64,000 nucleotides of DNA from Blastocatellales bacterium. GTDB lineage: Bacteria; Acidobacteriota; Blastocatellia; RBC074. The DNA is taken from positions 25,944 to 89,943 of the forward strand of contig JBFWXQ010000016.1 of NCBI GenBank assembly GCA_050187295.1, read 5' to 3'. The position numbers and the translations under genes were made by a program. Within the stretch, counting starts at the first letter, position 1. Every line of letters starts with the position of its first letter. The notes under the pieces were generated by a model, which saw only the letters and a program-made list of their open reading frames with translations, had not been told where the DNA came from and did not search any database. Positions 53,138-62,501 of this stretch are shown here, piece by piece.

Positions 53138-53761
53138 ATGAAAGCAATCGAAAACTGCAGTGACGAAATACTTTTGAAACGCGCCATGGTCGGGGATGAA
53201 GAGGCTTTCACCCGGCTCTACCGCAATCTTTGCGGCGTTGTTTATCGTTTCGCGCGTCAGATGAGCGGATCGCCTGCATTGGCGGAAGACGTTACACAGG
53301 AAGTTTTTCTGATTCTTTTGCGTAAAGCGCAGCTCTTTGACCCTGACCGTGGATCGCTTTCCACATATTTGCTGCAGATCACGCGAAACGAAATCTTGCG
53401 CCGTCTGGGGCGTGACCGCAACCATGTCGCTTTAGTCGAAAATGATCAGGAAATGGACGTTCCGCCGGACGAAAACCTGATCGTTAAGGGAACGCCGCTC
53501 GGCGCATTGATGCGAAACGAAGAGATTGAACTGGTTCGTCAGGCGGTTTTGGGGCTGCCGATTCATTACCGCGAAGTCGTTGTCCTGTGCGAACTGGAAG
53601 AACTGAGTTACAACGAAGCCGCCGCAATGCTTGATTGCGCGGTTGGCACGGTTCGCTCGCGACTGCATCGCGCGCGCGCTTTGTTGAAACAACGGCTGCA
53701 AATCAGTCAACCGGTAGAATCGGACTCGTTGCGGATAAACCGTGCGGCATTTTTGAGATGA
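53138..53761 (+). CDS. ECF RNA polymerase sigma factor (second copy)
   Basis: Region 2 EDVTQEVFLIL and region 4 ELSYNEAAAMLDCAVGTVRSRL. Confidence 0.75.
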   Translation: MKAIENCSDEILLKRAMVGDEEAFTRLYRNLCGVVYRFARQMSGSPALAEDVTQEVFLILLRKAQLFDPDRGSLSTYLLQITRNEILRRLGRDRNHVALVENDQEMDVPPDENLIVKGTPLGALMRNEEIELVRQAVLGLPIHYREVVVLCELEELSYNEAAAMLDCAVGTVRSRLHRARALLKQRLQISQPVESDSLRINRAAFLR

Positions 53762-53764
53762 GTT

Positions 53765-54535
53765 ATGAACTGTCAGGAATTTGAAACCACCATTGTTGAA
53801 ATTGCGCGAAACCGTCTGATGGACGCTGCAACGCGCGAACAGGGATTGAAACACGCTGAAGTCTGTCAGTCCTGCTTGGCGCTGTTGGAGGAAGAACGTG
53901 TTTTAAGTAACGGTTTGAAAGCGCTTTCCATCGAAACTGGTGCGGAAGAGATTCCCGCTGGAATCGAAAATGCTGTGATGGCGGCATTTCGCCAACGCCA
54001 GGTTATTTCAACCGGTGAATCGGTCAAGTCCTCGGCGTTTATCAATCGCAGGTGGTTGCTGGCGGCGGCAGCGGTTTTATTGATCTCAGGCATTTCATTG
54101 GCGGCCTGGCTGCTGTCCAAACCGCAGCAGGATACCATCGCCATTAATCCAACGCCGAGTCCTATGACCTCGCCGACGCCTGTTTCCATTGAAACAAACC
54201 TCGCTCCGCCACAAGCGAATGAGGAAACTGTTTCGTTGACAATCCGTGATCCGAAACCATCGCCTCGCAGCAAACGATTGCTGAAAGAAAGCGATTACCC
54301 ACAACCGGAACCTTACGGTGACCGGCGCGAAATCGTCACACAGTTTTACCCTATCAATCAGACCAGTGAATTAATTCCATTGGAAGGTGGTCAAATCCTG
54401 CGCGTCAAAATGCCGCGCACGAATCTGGTTCCATTGGGAATCCCCGTCAATCAGGAACGCGTGGATGAAACCGTCCTCGCCGATGTGCTGGTCAGCAACG
54501 ACGGATTGGCTCGCGCCATACGACTGGTTTATTGA
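53765..54535 (+). CDS. Anti-sigma factor (zf-HC2-like) with a single TM helix
   Basis: HAEVCQSCLALLEEE; TM WLLAAAAVLLISGISLAAWLL; immediately follows the sigma gene. Confidence 0.55.
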   Translation: MNCQEFETTIVEIARNRLMDAATREQGLKHAEVCQSCLALLEEERVLSNGLKALSIETGAEEIPAGIENAVMAAFRQRQVISTGESVKSSAFINRRWLLAAAAVLLISGISLAAWLLSKPQQDTIAINPTPSPMTSPTPVSIETNLAPPQANEETVSLTIRDPKPSPRSKRLLKESDYPQPEPYGDRREIVTQFYPINQTSELIPLEGGQILRVKMPRTNLVPLGIPVNQERVDETVLADVLVSNDGLARAIRLVY

Positions 54536-54625
54536 TCCCTATCCGGCGACCGATTGAAACCGGACCAACAAGTTTGCAACTGATCTTCAACAAAACAACT
54601 TCTGAAAGTTAGGAGAGGAATACTT

Positions 54626-55822
54626 ATGAATAGGAAACGACAATTTTTCCTTGCCACACTGTGCAGCTTTGCCTTGCTCGGCAACAATGTTGCCGTCTTT
54701 GCTCAAAGCAAGGAGAAGAAGCAGGAAGCCACCACGCAAAAACACATTTTTATCAATCGCGACGGACAGGTGACGGAAGTCCAGAGCGGCGGCGTATGGA
54801 TTGATGAAACCAGCGGCGGCAATCGTGTGCATTTCGCCACTGCCGATTCCAGCGCGGGTTTTGTGACCAGCACCGGAGGTTCGCCGCAGGTTCAGATAGT
54901 CCAGAACGAATTCCATTTCGACAGCAATGTCGTCAAAGGCGCGCCCTATTCGGCGGATGCCTTGACGGAATTCGTTCAGGTTCTCGGCGATGGCAATCGG
55001 ATTACCCGCACGTCTTCAGCCAAAATATACCGCGACGGCGCCGGACGCACCCGACGAGAACAGGCATTGAAATCTGTCGGCTCCTGGACAGTTACTGGCG
55101 ATAATCAGGTCAGCATTTCGATCAGCGACCCGGTGGCAGGTACACAATACACTTTGAATCCGGCTGCTCGAACGGCAAGCAAAGTCACCGTTCACCGTGT
55201 AACCTCGAAAAGCGGCGGTGATAAAGTCGCCACCTACACCTTCTCCGGCAATTCCTCCAACATCACCGTCAAAGGTGAAAGCAGCGGTGATCAGGTCAAA
55301 TTCGTGACTGACGACAATCGCACATTCATTCTGTCAGGAGACGGCACAGAAAAGGCAATCGCCGAAGTAAAAGCCAAACAGGCTGCAACCGGCGGCGTAG
55401 TTTCAGGAGTCGCGACGACTGCGGGCAATGTCATGGCTTTTTCCAGCGACGCTGAGGTAAACAGGGAATCTCTGGGCACGCAGATGATTGAAGGCGTGAT
55501 GGCCGAGGGCACCCGCGTTACTTTCACAATTCCGGCGGGCAAAATTGGCAACGCAGCGCCTATCGTGACGGTAAACGAACGTTGGTATTCGCCCGAATTG
55601 CAGGCTGTCGTCATGAGCAAAAACAGCGACCCGCGCTCAGGCGAAACCACATATCGATTGATCAACATCAATCGCAGCGAACCTGATCCGTCGCTTTTCC
55701 AGGTTCCATCCGATTACACGATCAAAGAAAACAGCTTCAACTTCACCGGCAAGCCGGAAGATTTGATCAGGATGAAAAAGATTGAAGGTGAATTGAAAGC
55801 CAAAAAACCAAACGACAATTAA
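54626..55822 (+). CDS. Secreted hypothetical protein (beta-rich, T/S/G-rich) downstream of the ECF module
   Basis: Signal peptide MNRKRQFFLATLCSFALLGNNVAVFA; no recognised family. Confidence 0.4.
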   Translation: MNRKRQFFLATLCSFALLGNNVAVFAQSKEKKQEATTQKHIFINRDGQVTEVQSGGVWIDETSGGNRVHFATADSSAGFVTSTGGSPQVQIVQNEFHFDSNVVKGAPYSADALTEFVQVLGDGNRITRTSSAKIYRDGAGRTRREQALKSVGSWTVTGDNQVSISISDPVAGTQYTLNPAARTASKVTVHRVTSKSGGDKVATYTFSGNSSNITVKGESSGDQVKFVTDDNRTFILSGDGTEKAIAEVKAKQAATGGVVSGVATTAGNVMAFSSDAEVNRESLGTQMIEGVMAEGTRVTFTIPAGKIGNAAPIVTVNERWYSPELQAVVMSKNSDPRSGETTYRLININRSEPDPSLFQVPSDYTIKENSFNFTGKPEDLIRMKKIEGELKAKKPNDN

Positions 55823-55845
55823 CTCGACTTACACACGCCTAAAAA

Positions 55846-55895
55846 AGTAAAGAGGAGGGCAGCATTAATGCTGCCCTCCTCTTTACTTTTGGTTT
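55846..55895. terminator. Strong bidirectional hairpin terminator (21-bp perfect stem) between convergent genes
   Basis: AGTAAAGAGGAGGGCAGCATT / AATGCTGCCCTCCTCTTTACT flanked by AAAAAA and TTTTGGTTT. Confidence 0.8.
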
Positions 55896-55952
55896 CGTAT
55901 CCAGTTGTCGGAGTTTTTGTTTGGATTCCTGTTGTCTGACGGTGTCTGACGG

Positions 55953-56627
55953 TTATGGCTTCTGGAAGATCAGAAAATACATGTTCTTCCCATACTCGGC
56001 ATCGTAAAACCCTGGCCTGCTTTCTTTGAAAATGAACCCCTGTCGGGTTATCTCTCCACGCACCAGATCAGCCGGGATGACGTGCAACCGGTGATACTCT
56101 GTTCTTGGTCTGTCCGCAGGTCCTTCGCCGTCAATCAATCCAAGCCGCCCACCTGACTTCATCGCGCGAAAAACCGCCTTCATGATTCGGTCGTAATCAC
56201 GGAATTCGTGATAGGCATCCACTATCAATACAGTGTCCAATCCATCCGGCAAATGAGGATCATCCGCTTCGCTTAAAACCGTTTCCACCTGTTTCAGGTT
56301 TTCGCGTTCTTTCCTCGCCTGAACTTTATTGATGGCTGCTTCGTCAACATCCACGGCGTGAACCTTTCCTTCACTGCCTACGCGTGCAGCCAGGCGAAAG
56401 GTGAAATAGCCGGAGCCACAACCTATGTCTGCAACGCGCTGCCCCGACTTAATTGCCAAAGCGTCGAAAACCTCGGCGGGTCTTTGCCACTCATCACGCT
56501 TTCGATCGCGATCGGATTCCTGCGGCATTCCCCTGACCGCAGCGTTTTGCCAATCCAACAGGCAGACCCCGATCAAAGAAATCATCATCAAATGCAGCTT
56601 ATGTGACTTCATTTCGTAACTCCTCAC
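55953..56627 (-). CDS. Class I SAM-dependent methyltransferase with N-terminal signal-peptide-like segment
   Basis: VADIGCGSGYFTFRLA (motif I), LDTVLIVDAYHEF; hydrophobic N-terminus MKSHKLHLMMISLIGVCLL. Confidence 0.6.
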   Translation of the reverse strand: MRSYEMKSHKLHLMMISLIGVCLLDWQNAAVRGMPQESDRDRKRDEWQRPAEVFDALAIKSGQRVADIGCGSGYFTFRLAARVGSEGKVHAVDVDEAAINKVQARKERENLKQVETVLSEADDPHLPDGLDTVLIVDAYHEFRDYDRIMKAVFRAMKSGGRLGLIDGEGPADRPRTEYHRLHVIPADLVRGEITRQGFIFKESRPGFYDAEYGKNMYFLIFQKP

Positions 56628-57241
56628 ATATGGATGAACGGTTGAGTTTCCTGTGCTTTGGGCAGAGCCTTCTCAATAGCCTCTCGCAGTTGATTGTTTA
56701 ATGCCATCGGGTCAACAACCAACAGCGTGTGGAAAAAGGCGATCTTGCCCGTCGGATCAATAACGCAATACGTCGGCACTCCCCAGATGCCGTAGTTGCT
56801 GGCAACGGCCTCGTCACCAATCAGAAACATTGATTCCATCTGATGGTCCTTCAGAAAAGATTTCGGGTTGAACTCCGGTCCTGGCCAGATGCTGACGGTA
56901 AAAAAACGCACGGGCTTGTTTTGATACTCTCGCGCAAGCTGGTCAAATTGCGGCATCAGTTTCCGGCAAGGCCCGCACCAGTTAGCCCAGAAATCCAGCA
57001 CGATGACGTTACCGCGCAATGCCGAAAGTTTGATGGTCTCCCCTTCGATGGTTTTCAATTGCCAATCCGGCGCAACAGATCCAATGACAATTTCATCGTG
57101 GCGAGGTTCAGAACCGGGCCGCTGACCAAAAGCCGTGTGCTGCCATTGCAACGCGCAAACACTCAGCAACAAGATTCCGACCGCCCTGTAAGCTGGCATT
57201 GTGGCCTCCTCGTAAAAAATGGTTATGGCTGATTGTCTCAA
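56624..57241 (-). CDS. TlpA/ResA-like thiol-disulfide oxidoreductase (thioredoxin fold), secreted
   Basis: WANWCGPCRK CxxC motif; signal peptide. Confidence 0.7.
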   Translation of the reverse strand: MRQSAITIFYEEATMPAYRAVGILLLSVCALQWQHTAFGQRPGSEPRHDEIVIGSVAPDWQLKTIEGETIKLSALRGNVIVLDFWANWCGPCRKLMPQFDQLAREYQNKPVRFFTVSIWPGPEFNPKSFLKDHQMESMFLIGDEAVASNYGIWGVPTYCVIDPTGKIAFFHTLLVVDPMALNNQLREAIEKALPKAQETQPFIHM

Positions 57242-58819
57242 TCATCTGCTCACGCGTTTGAACGAGAAGGAAGGAAATATCGGCTTCGTGCCGTCAGGCA
57301 TTCTGAAATCCACACCACCGAACCTCATCTTGCCGGTCAGCGCCTGACCTTCCAGTTTCCCTTCGTAGAGGATCACTCCACGTGGTCGCATACCGTTCAT
57401 ATAACCAAATGTCAGACCGGTTGGAGTGATTTGCAGATACTCGACACTGCGGATGCGGAGCGAAGCGGGTGCTTTGGCATTTTCGACCTCGGCTACGACG
57501 CGCCCTTCCACAATCTTGATACGCAATGTCATCTGATCAATAACAGGCTCGCCCGGATTTCTCACTTCGTCACCGACCCATTCACCAAGATAGGCACGCG
57601 CTTCTTCAGGTGTGGGAAATGGCGTTGCCAGTAATCCTTCCACTGTTTCAGTCGGAGGCGGACGCCTTTCGACTTCGGCTATCTGCTTTAGCAAATTAGA
57701 GATGTCTGCCGGTGCTCCATAACCGGAAACGAGCCTATTGTAAGCTTCGCGCGCCGCCGCGCCGCGACCTTCCATCAACAGATCTTCCACGACCGTCCTG
57801 ATCAGTTTGCGCGGTGGAATGACATCCGCACCCAACGCCAAGCTAATTGTTGAGTAATACGGCAGAATGCTGGTCGTGGGCGTCACAGGCGCGGCATACA
57901 TTGAATAGTCACTGAACGCCTCGCGCAGCCCCAGATACATGCTGATCATCCCCAGCGATTCGTGCGATTCCTTTGATTTCATCTGCTCACGGTAAAGCTT
58001 CCATGAAGCAGGCGCAGCGGCAACGAGTGATTTCCACGCATCTTCAGACCAGCCGAAGCGCGCTTCCAGCGACATATAACGCAACGGCGCAGGCAACGCC
58101 CTGGCGCGTTCGATCAGTTTTTTTGCCAGCCAGTTTTCGCTGAGGTTGATGGGCGCGTCTATGGCGATGACGGCACGATACGCTGTGCGCGTGGCTGCGG
58201 CCCAGGTCACCAGAATGCCTCCGGAGGAATGCCCGATGAATGTGCGCGGCGCGCTGCCGCGAAACTGTCGATCAATGGCGGGCAGCAGTTCCTTTTCAAT
58301 GAAATCCAGAAACAGGTCGCCGCCTTCGTTCAGGCTGCTGCCGCTGACCGAAAGACCGGGCGGTGTCAGGTCATGCACACGCTCACGAAATGAACCGGTG
58401 TTTTCGATGGCCACGATGACAGATTCGGGGATCAGGCCGTTGCGACTGAGTTCATCGCTCACAGCCATGATTTGCGACACATTCGCTTCGCCGTCAAGCA
58501 CGATGGTGACGGGATAACGTCGCTCGATCGCGCTGTGCGCATAAGAAGATGGCAGCGCAATGTTGATCCGTCGCGTATGTTTAAGAATCGCAGAGGCGAT
58601 CTGATACGCCCGGACGTTGCTGCCGCGCGGAACCGGAACAGCGCGATCCGACTCAGCAACCAATGAAGGCAATTGTTGCGCCTGCGTTGGTTGAACGAAT
58701 GCCGAAACGATGGCAACCAGACAGAGCCCTGCCCACAACACGTATTTTTGCGTGCTCATTTGTTCTCCTTTTCCGTTTAGCTTGCTTTGAGGTTGGAATA
58801 GGCGCGTTATTTTCCGCAC
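57242..58819 (-). CDS. Secreted alpha/beta hydrolase (putative esterase family) with C-terminal extra domain
   Basis: GHSSGG nucleophile elbow; signal peptide; about 525 aa. Confidence 0.55.
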   Translation of the reverse strand: MRKITRLFQPQSKLNGKGEQMSTQKYVLWAGLCLVAIVSAFVQPTQAQQLPSLVAESDRAVPVPRGSNVRAYQIASAILKHTRRINIALPSSYAHSAIERRYPVTIVLDGEANVSQIMAVSDELSRNGLIPESVIVAIENTGSFRERVHDLTPPGLSVSGSSLNEGGDLFLDFIEKELLPAIDRQFRGSAPRTFIGHSSGGILVTWAAATRTAYRAVIAIDAPINLSENWLAKKLIERARALPAPLRYMSLEARFGWSEDAWKSLVAAAPASWKLYREQMKSKESHESLGMISMYLGLREAFSDYSMYAAPVTPTTSILPYYSTISLALGADVIPPRKLIRTVVEDLLMEGRGAAAREAYNRLVSGYGAPADISNLLKQIAEVERRPPPTETVEGLLATPFPTPEEARAYLGEWVGDEVRNPGEPVIDQMTLRIKIVEGRVVAEVENAKAPASLRIRSVEYLQITPTGLTFGYMNGMRPRGVILYEGKLEGQALTGKMRFGGVDFRMPDGTKPIFPSFSFKRVSR

Positions 58820-59601
58820 CAGGCATTGAGTTTCTTTTCCAATGCCTCGCGCCTGCTGCGAGTCAGTTTCAGTTCAGTGCCATTGGCCAAAAGCACCAGC
58901 GATTCGCCGTTAAACAGCGACTGAATTTCTTTGACGCGATCAAGATTGACGATTGTCGAACGATGAATTCGCGCAAAGCGTTCAGGATCGAGAGCGTTTT
59001 CCAGTTCGGTCATCGTTTGCCTGACCAGATGCGCTTTGCCGCCGCTGTGCAATCGGACGTAATAATCATAGGCCTCGATCCAATCAATCTCTTCGGTTTT
59101 CAGAAATATCACCCGCCCGGTGGTTTTGACCATCAAACGCGTCAAATACCGAGGAGCTTCTGGTTGGCGCGAACCGATCAATGTCAGAAGCTTCTTTCCA
59201 AGTTCGCTGGCATCCTGTTGTTCGATTTGCTGTTTCGCCTGCGTCAATGCCTTCTGAAAACGTTCGTCGCTGAACGGTTTCAGCAGGTAATCCAGCGCGC
59301 TGACTTCGAACGCGCGCAGCGCGTATTGATCATATGCCGTAACGAAGATAATCGCCGGCAAGGGCTTTCCTGATAATTCCTCCAGCACATCAAAACCATT
59401 CAGTTCCGGCATCTGCACGTCCAGAAAAACAAGGTCGGGTTCCAGAGCGCGAATGCTGCTGACGGCTTCCTTTCCGTTTCCGCATTCCCTGATCAGTTCG
59501 ATTTCCGAATCATCCTTGAGCAAAGCACGCAGGTTGCGCCGGGCTGGCGGTTCATCATCCACAATGATCACCCTGATCTTTTTGCCGTTTGCCTTCATCA
59601 T
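58807..59601 (-). CDS. LytTR-family response regulator
   Basis: Receiver domain (IVDDE...DLVFLDVQMPELNG) plus C-terminal LytTR DNA-binding domain. Confidence 0.8.
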   Translation of the reverse strand: MMKANGKKIRVIIVDDEPPARRNLRALLKDDSEIELIRECGNGKEAVSSIRALEPDLVFLDVQMPELNGFDVLEELSGKPLPAIIFVTAYDQYALRAFEVSALDYLLKPFSDERFQKALTQAKQQIEQQDASELGKKLLTLIGSRQPEAPRYLTRLMVKTTGRVIFLKTEEIDWIEAYDYYVRLHSGGKAHLVRQTMTELENALDPERFARIHRSTIVNLDRVKEIQSLFNGESLVLLANGTELKLTRSRREALEKKLNAWCGK

Positions 59602-60785
59602 TGTTTTGACGCATCCGCCGGAACTTGCAACGGTATGGACAAAAAAGCTTCAACACCGCCGGATGCTTGGTTGCGGATTTCGAGTTTGAAATCCGCTCCA
59701 AACAATTGCCGCAATCGGGCCAGTGTGTTTGCCAGTCCAAGACCTTGCCCGGTCTCCATTTGCCAATCATCCGGCAATCCGGCGCCATCGTCGCAAATTC
59801 GCAGTTCCAATCGTCCATCGCTGCGTTTCGCTGACAGCGAAAGCAAGCCGGGAGCAGCACGGCTGGCCAAACCATGCCGAATGGCATTTTCGACCAACGG
59901 CTGCGTAATCAGATTCGGCACCAACGCGTCCAAAACTTGAGGCTCGGCCTCGATACGAGTCCGTAACCGATCTGAAAAGCGCATCTGCTGAAGCTTCAGG
60001 TAAAGTTCCAGCCAGTCGAGTTCTTCGCTCAAACGCACTTCCTGCCTGCCGGAATTGTCCAGCGTCTGTCGCAGCAATTCGCTTAAACCGACCAGCATCT
60101 GCACTGCTGCGGCATTGTCGTTATCGCGCACCAAACCTGTGATGCCATTCAATGTGTTGAACAGAAAATGCGGATGCAACTGCATCTTCAACATCTGCAA
60201 TTGCGCCTGCGCCAGTTGAGTTTCCAATTGTGATGCGCGCAATTCACGTTCGCGGGATTGCCGGTAATATTCAATCGCAGTGCCGATGCCCAGAATCAGA
60301 GCGTAAAACAAAGCGCAAAACGGCAAATCGCGCAACCACCAATACATCAGCCGCAGATTAAATTGCGGCGTCGGCGTCGAAATCGCCCCTTCCACAATCA
60401 ACCACATCACCGCTATGACCATCGCGGCGTGCAACACGCACAACGCGGCTATGGCCAGCAGGTGAACAGACAACGACCGCCAGAGAGCGCTACGTTCAAG
60501 CGGAAACCGCCGCCTCAACCATAAAACCACTGGGGCCAGCGCCATCCACGCCAGCCAGGCGGCCAGTTGTGAGAGGAAAATACGGCTGACAGCGCTCAAC
60601 ATTCCCGGCGGCGGGGCCGTACGCCGCAGAGGCGACAATTCAATGAACGGCGCCCCGGCAGAAAACACTCCGACTGCCAGCCAGAACAGAAAAAGCAACA
60701 CCCATATCACCCGTTTCCACCGTTTGAAACCGGCGTTGACAGGTTCGTCAGCCGCATTGTTCTTCTGTTGCCAGATTTCAGTCAT
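59598..60785 (-). CDS. LytS-type sensor histidine kinase (His_kinase PF06580 type) with 5-6 TM helices
   Basis: HPHFLFNTLNGITGLV histidine-containing motif; HATPase region (ENAIRHG...DDGAG...GLGL). Confidence 0.75.
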   Translation of the reverse strand: MTEIWQQKNNAADEPVNAGFKRWKRVIWVLLFLFWLAVGVFSAGAPFIELSPLRRTAPPPGMLSAVSRIFLSQLAAWLAWMALAPVVLWLRRRFPLERSALWRSLSVHLLAIAALCVLHAAMVIAVMWLIVEGAISTPTPQFNLRLMYWWLRDLPFCALFYALILGIGTAIEYYRQSRERELRASQLETQLAQAQLQMLKMQLHPHFLFNTLNGITGLVRDNDNAAAVQMLVGLSELLRQTLDNSGRQEVRLSEELDWLELYLKLQQMRFSDRLRTRIEAEPQVLDALVPNLITQPLVENAIRHGLASRAAPGLLSLSAKRSDGRLELRICDDGAGLPDDWQMETGQGLGLANTLARLRQLFGADFKLEIRNQASGGVEAFLSIPLQVPADASKQ

Positions 60786-60888
60786 TCCAGTTTTATTCTC
60801 AAACTGAATAACAACCCGATTTCATCGCAGGGAGTTTTGAATTGATTGCGAAAGAAATGCTACACGGTATTTGCCTGGCGGAGGATAC

Positions 60889-60920
60889 TTTTGCAGCGAT
60901 TTGAACAATTTTTGCAGCGA
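60889..60920 (-). promoter_or_regulatory. Two 11-bp direct repeats TTTTGCAGCGA spaced exactly 21 bp apart, about 105-135 bp upstream of the lytS-like start: candidate LytTR binding site
   Basis: Perfect repeats at 60889-60899 and 60910-60920; the two-helical-turn spacing matches known LytTR (AgrA-type) operator architecture. Confidence 0.45.
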
Positions 60921-61099
60921 AATGCTTCTGAGACGGGTTAAACCATTGAGAACAGAAGAATCACGGGAAAACCTAAGAAAAAAGGTTCCCCGTGTCCACT
61001 GGTTAATTTTGCCGTCTCAATGTCGCCTGCTCTGATTTAGGGTCAGGCAAGTTGCTTATTGCATTCGTAAGGGTTGAGCCTGTTTGGCAATGTGGTGAT

Positions 61100-62239
61100 T
61101 CAGTTGGTCGAAAGCAGGATTGAATTGATTTGGTCGGCAATTGTAGTAACTGCAACTCCATCCAGATTACACATAATCGCCACAATCAATCCTTTTTCAG
61201 GAATCATTTCCAACAGCGTCGAAGTCCCCGCCTGTCCGCCAGTATGCCGGACCAGTTTCAGCCCGGCAATTTCCGCGACATCCCAACCCAGACCATATCC
61301 GGTTGTTTTTCCGTCGCGTGTTTTTTGTTCGGTCCACATCTGTTCCAACGAATTCTTGCCGAGCAGTTTTTTCGTATTAACGGCGGCAGCAAATCTGACC
61401 AGATCGGCAGGAGTCGCCAGCAAGCCGCCGCCCGGAACCTTCATGCTGGTGTCATGCAGAGAAGCGTTGTAGATTTCATCCACCTTCATATGAAGCCTCT
61501 CTTCCCGGGACATGCGATCGTAACGTTGCTGGCTCAACTTCGTATAACCGCGAGCGCGATGCGGAATTATCAATCGCTGATTGTCTAATTCCGTGTTCTT
61601 CATCTCGGCTGGTTTGAACAAATGCTCGGTCACGTAATCTTCGTAACTTGCGCCCGACGCGCCCTCAATGGCGCAACCCAGCACACTGTATCCAAAAGTC
61701 GTGTACACATATTTTTGACCTGGCCGTAATAGCAATGGATCGTCCTTGAAAATTGACAATGACGAGGTAACTGATGGGAAGAATTTTGTGCCATTGTCTT
61801 CGCCGGGTTTGTAATGACGAACTCCGCCCAGATGACCCAGCAATTGCCTTGCAGTAACAGTCCATTGTTTTTGAGGAAAAGCCTGGCAGTATTTCTGTAT
61901 CGGAGCATCAAGATGGAGTTTCCCCTGTTCGGCCAATTGCATAACGCCGACTGCTGTAATGGCTTTGGCTATCGAAGCCGTTCGAAAAGCCGTCGTGGCA
62001 TTGGCAGGAACCTTATTTTCCAGATCGGCCAGACCGAATCCCTGTTCATAACGGAGTTGGTTGTCGATGGCGATGGCGATCGACAGCGCAGGGATTTTCT
62101 GCTTTGCCATCTCTGTTTTAATGATCGTATGAATTTTGCTCAGTTTGTCCGGCGAAAAGCCTGATCCGTTTTTCGTCGTCGCGGAAACCGTCAGCACCAA
62201 GATTAAGACCAGACCGTCAACGATGATCCGTTTGTTCAT
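61100..62239 (-). CDS. Secreted serine hydrolase of the beta-lactamase/PBP (class C-like) family
   Basis: S-x-x-K motif FRTASIAKAI; signal peptide; about 380 aa. Confidence 0.6.
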   Translation of the reverse strand: MNKRIIVDGLVLILVLTVSATTKNGSGFSPDKLSKIHTIIKTEMAKQKIPALSIAIAIDNQLRYEQGFGLADLENKVPANATTAFRTASIAKAITAVGVMQLAEQGKLHLDAPIQKYCQAFPQKQWTVTARQLLGHLGGVRHYKPGEDNGTKFFPSVTSSLSIFKDDPLLLRPGQKYVYTTFGYSVLGCAIEGASGASYEDYVTEHLFKPAEMKNTELDNQRLIIPHRARGYTKLSQQRYDRMSREERLHMKVDEIYNASLHDTSMKVPGGGLLATPADLVRFAAAVNTKKLLGKNSLEQMWTEQKTRDGKTTGYGLGWDVAEIAGLKLVRHTGGQAGTSTLLEMIPEKGLIVAIMCNLDGVAVTTIADQINSILLSTN

Positions 62240-62501
62240 TACTCAATCCCCTTTCCCACAAAAGAGACTCATTTTCAATTCGCGTATGATACCAATTCAC
62301 TCGAGATTTGTTTGAGGAAATTCAGATGGCCGGCAGTTTCCATAACGAGGCTGACCGATGGAAAGTTCGGTTGGCGGCTGATCATTTTTCCATTTGATTC
62401 AAATTCGATTCGTGACTCGATTATCGGGCTGAGTTAATCACAAATCGGGGAAGCCTCTCCATTTTTCTTCAAATTCGTTTTCGCAGGCAGATTTCCTTTG
62501 G

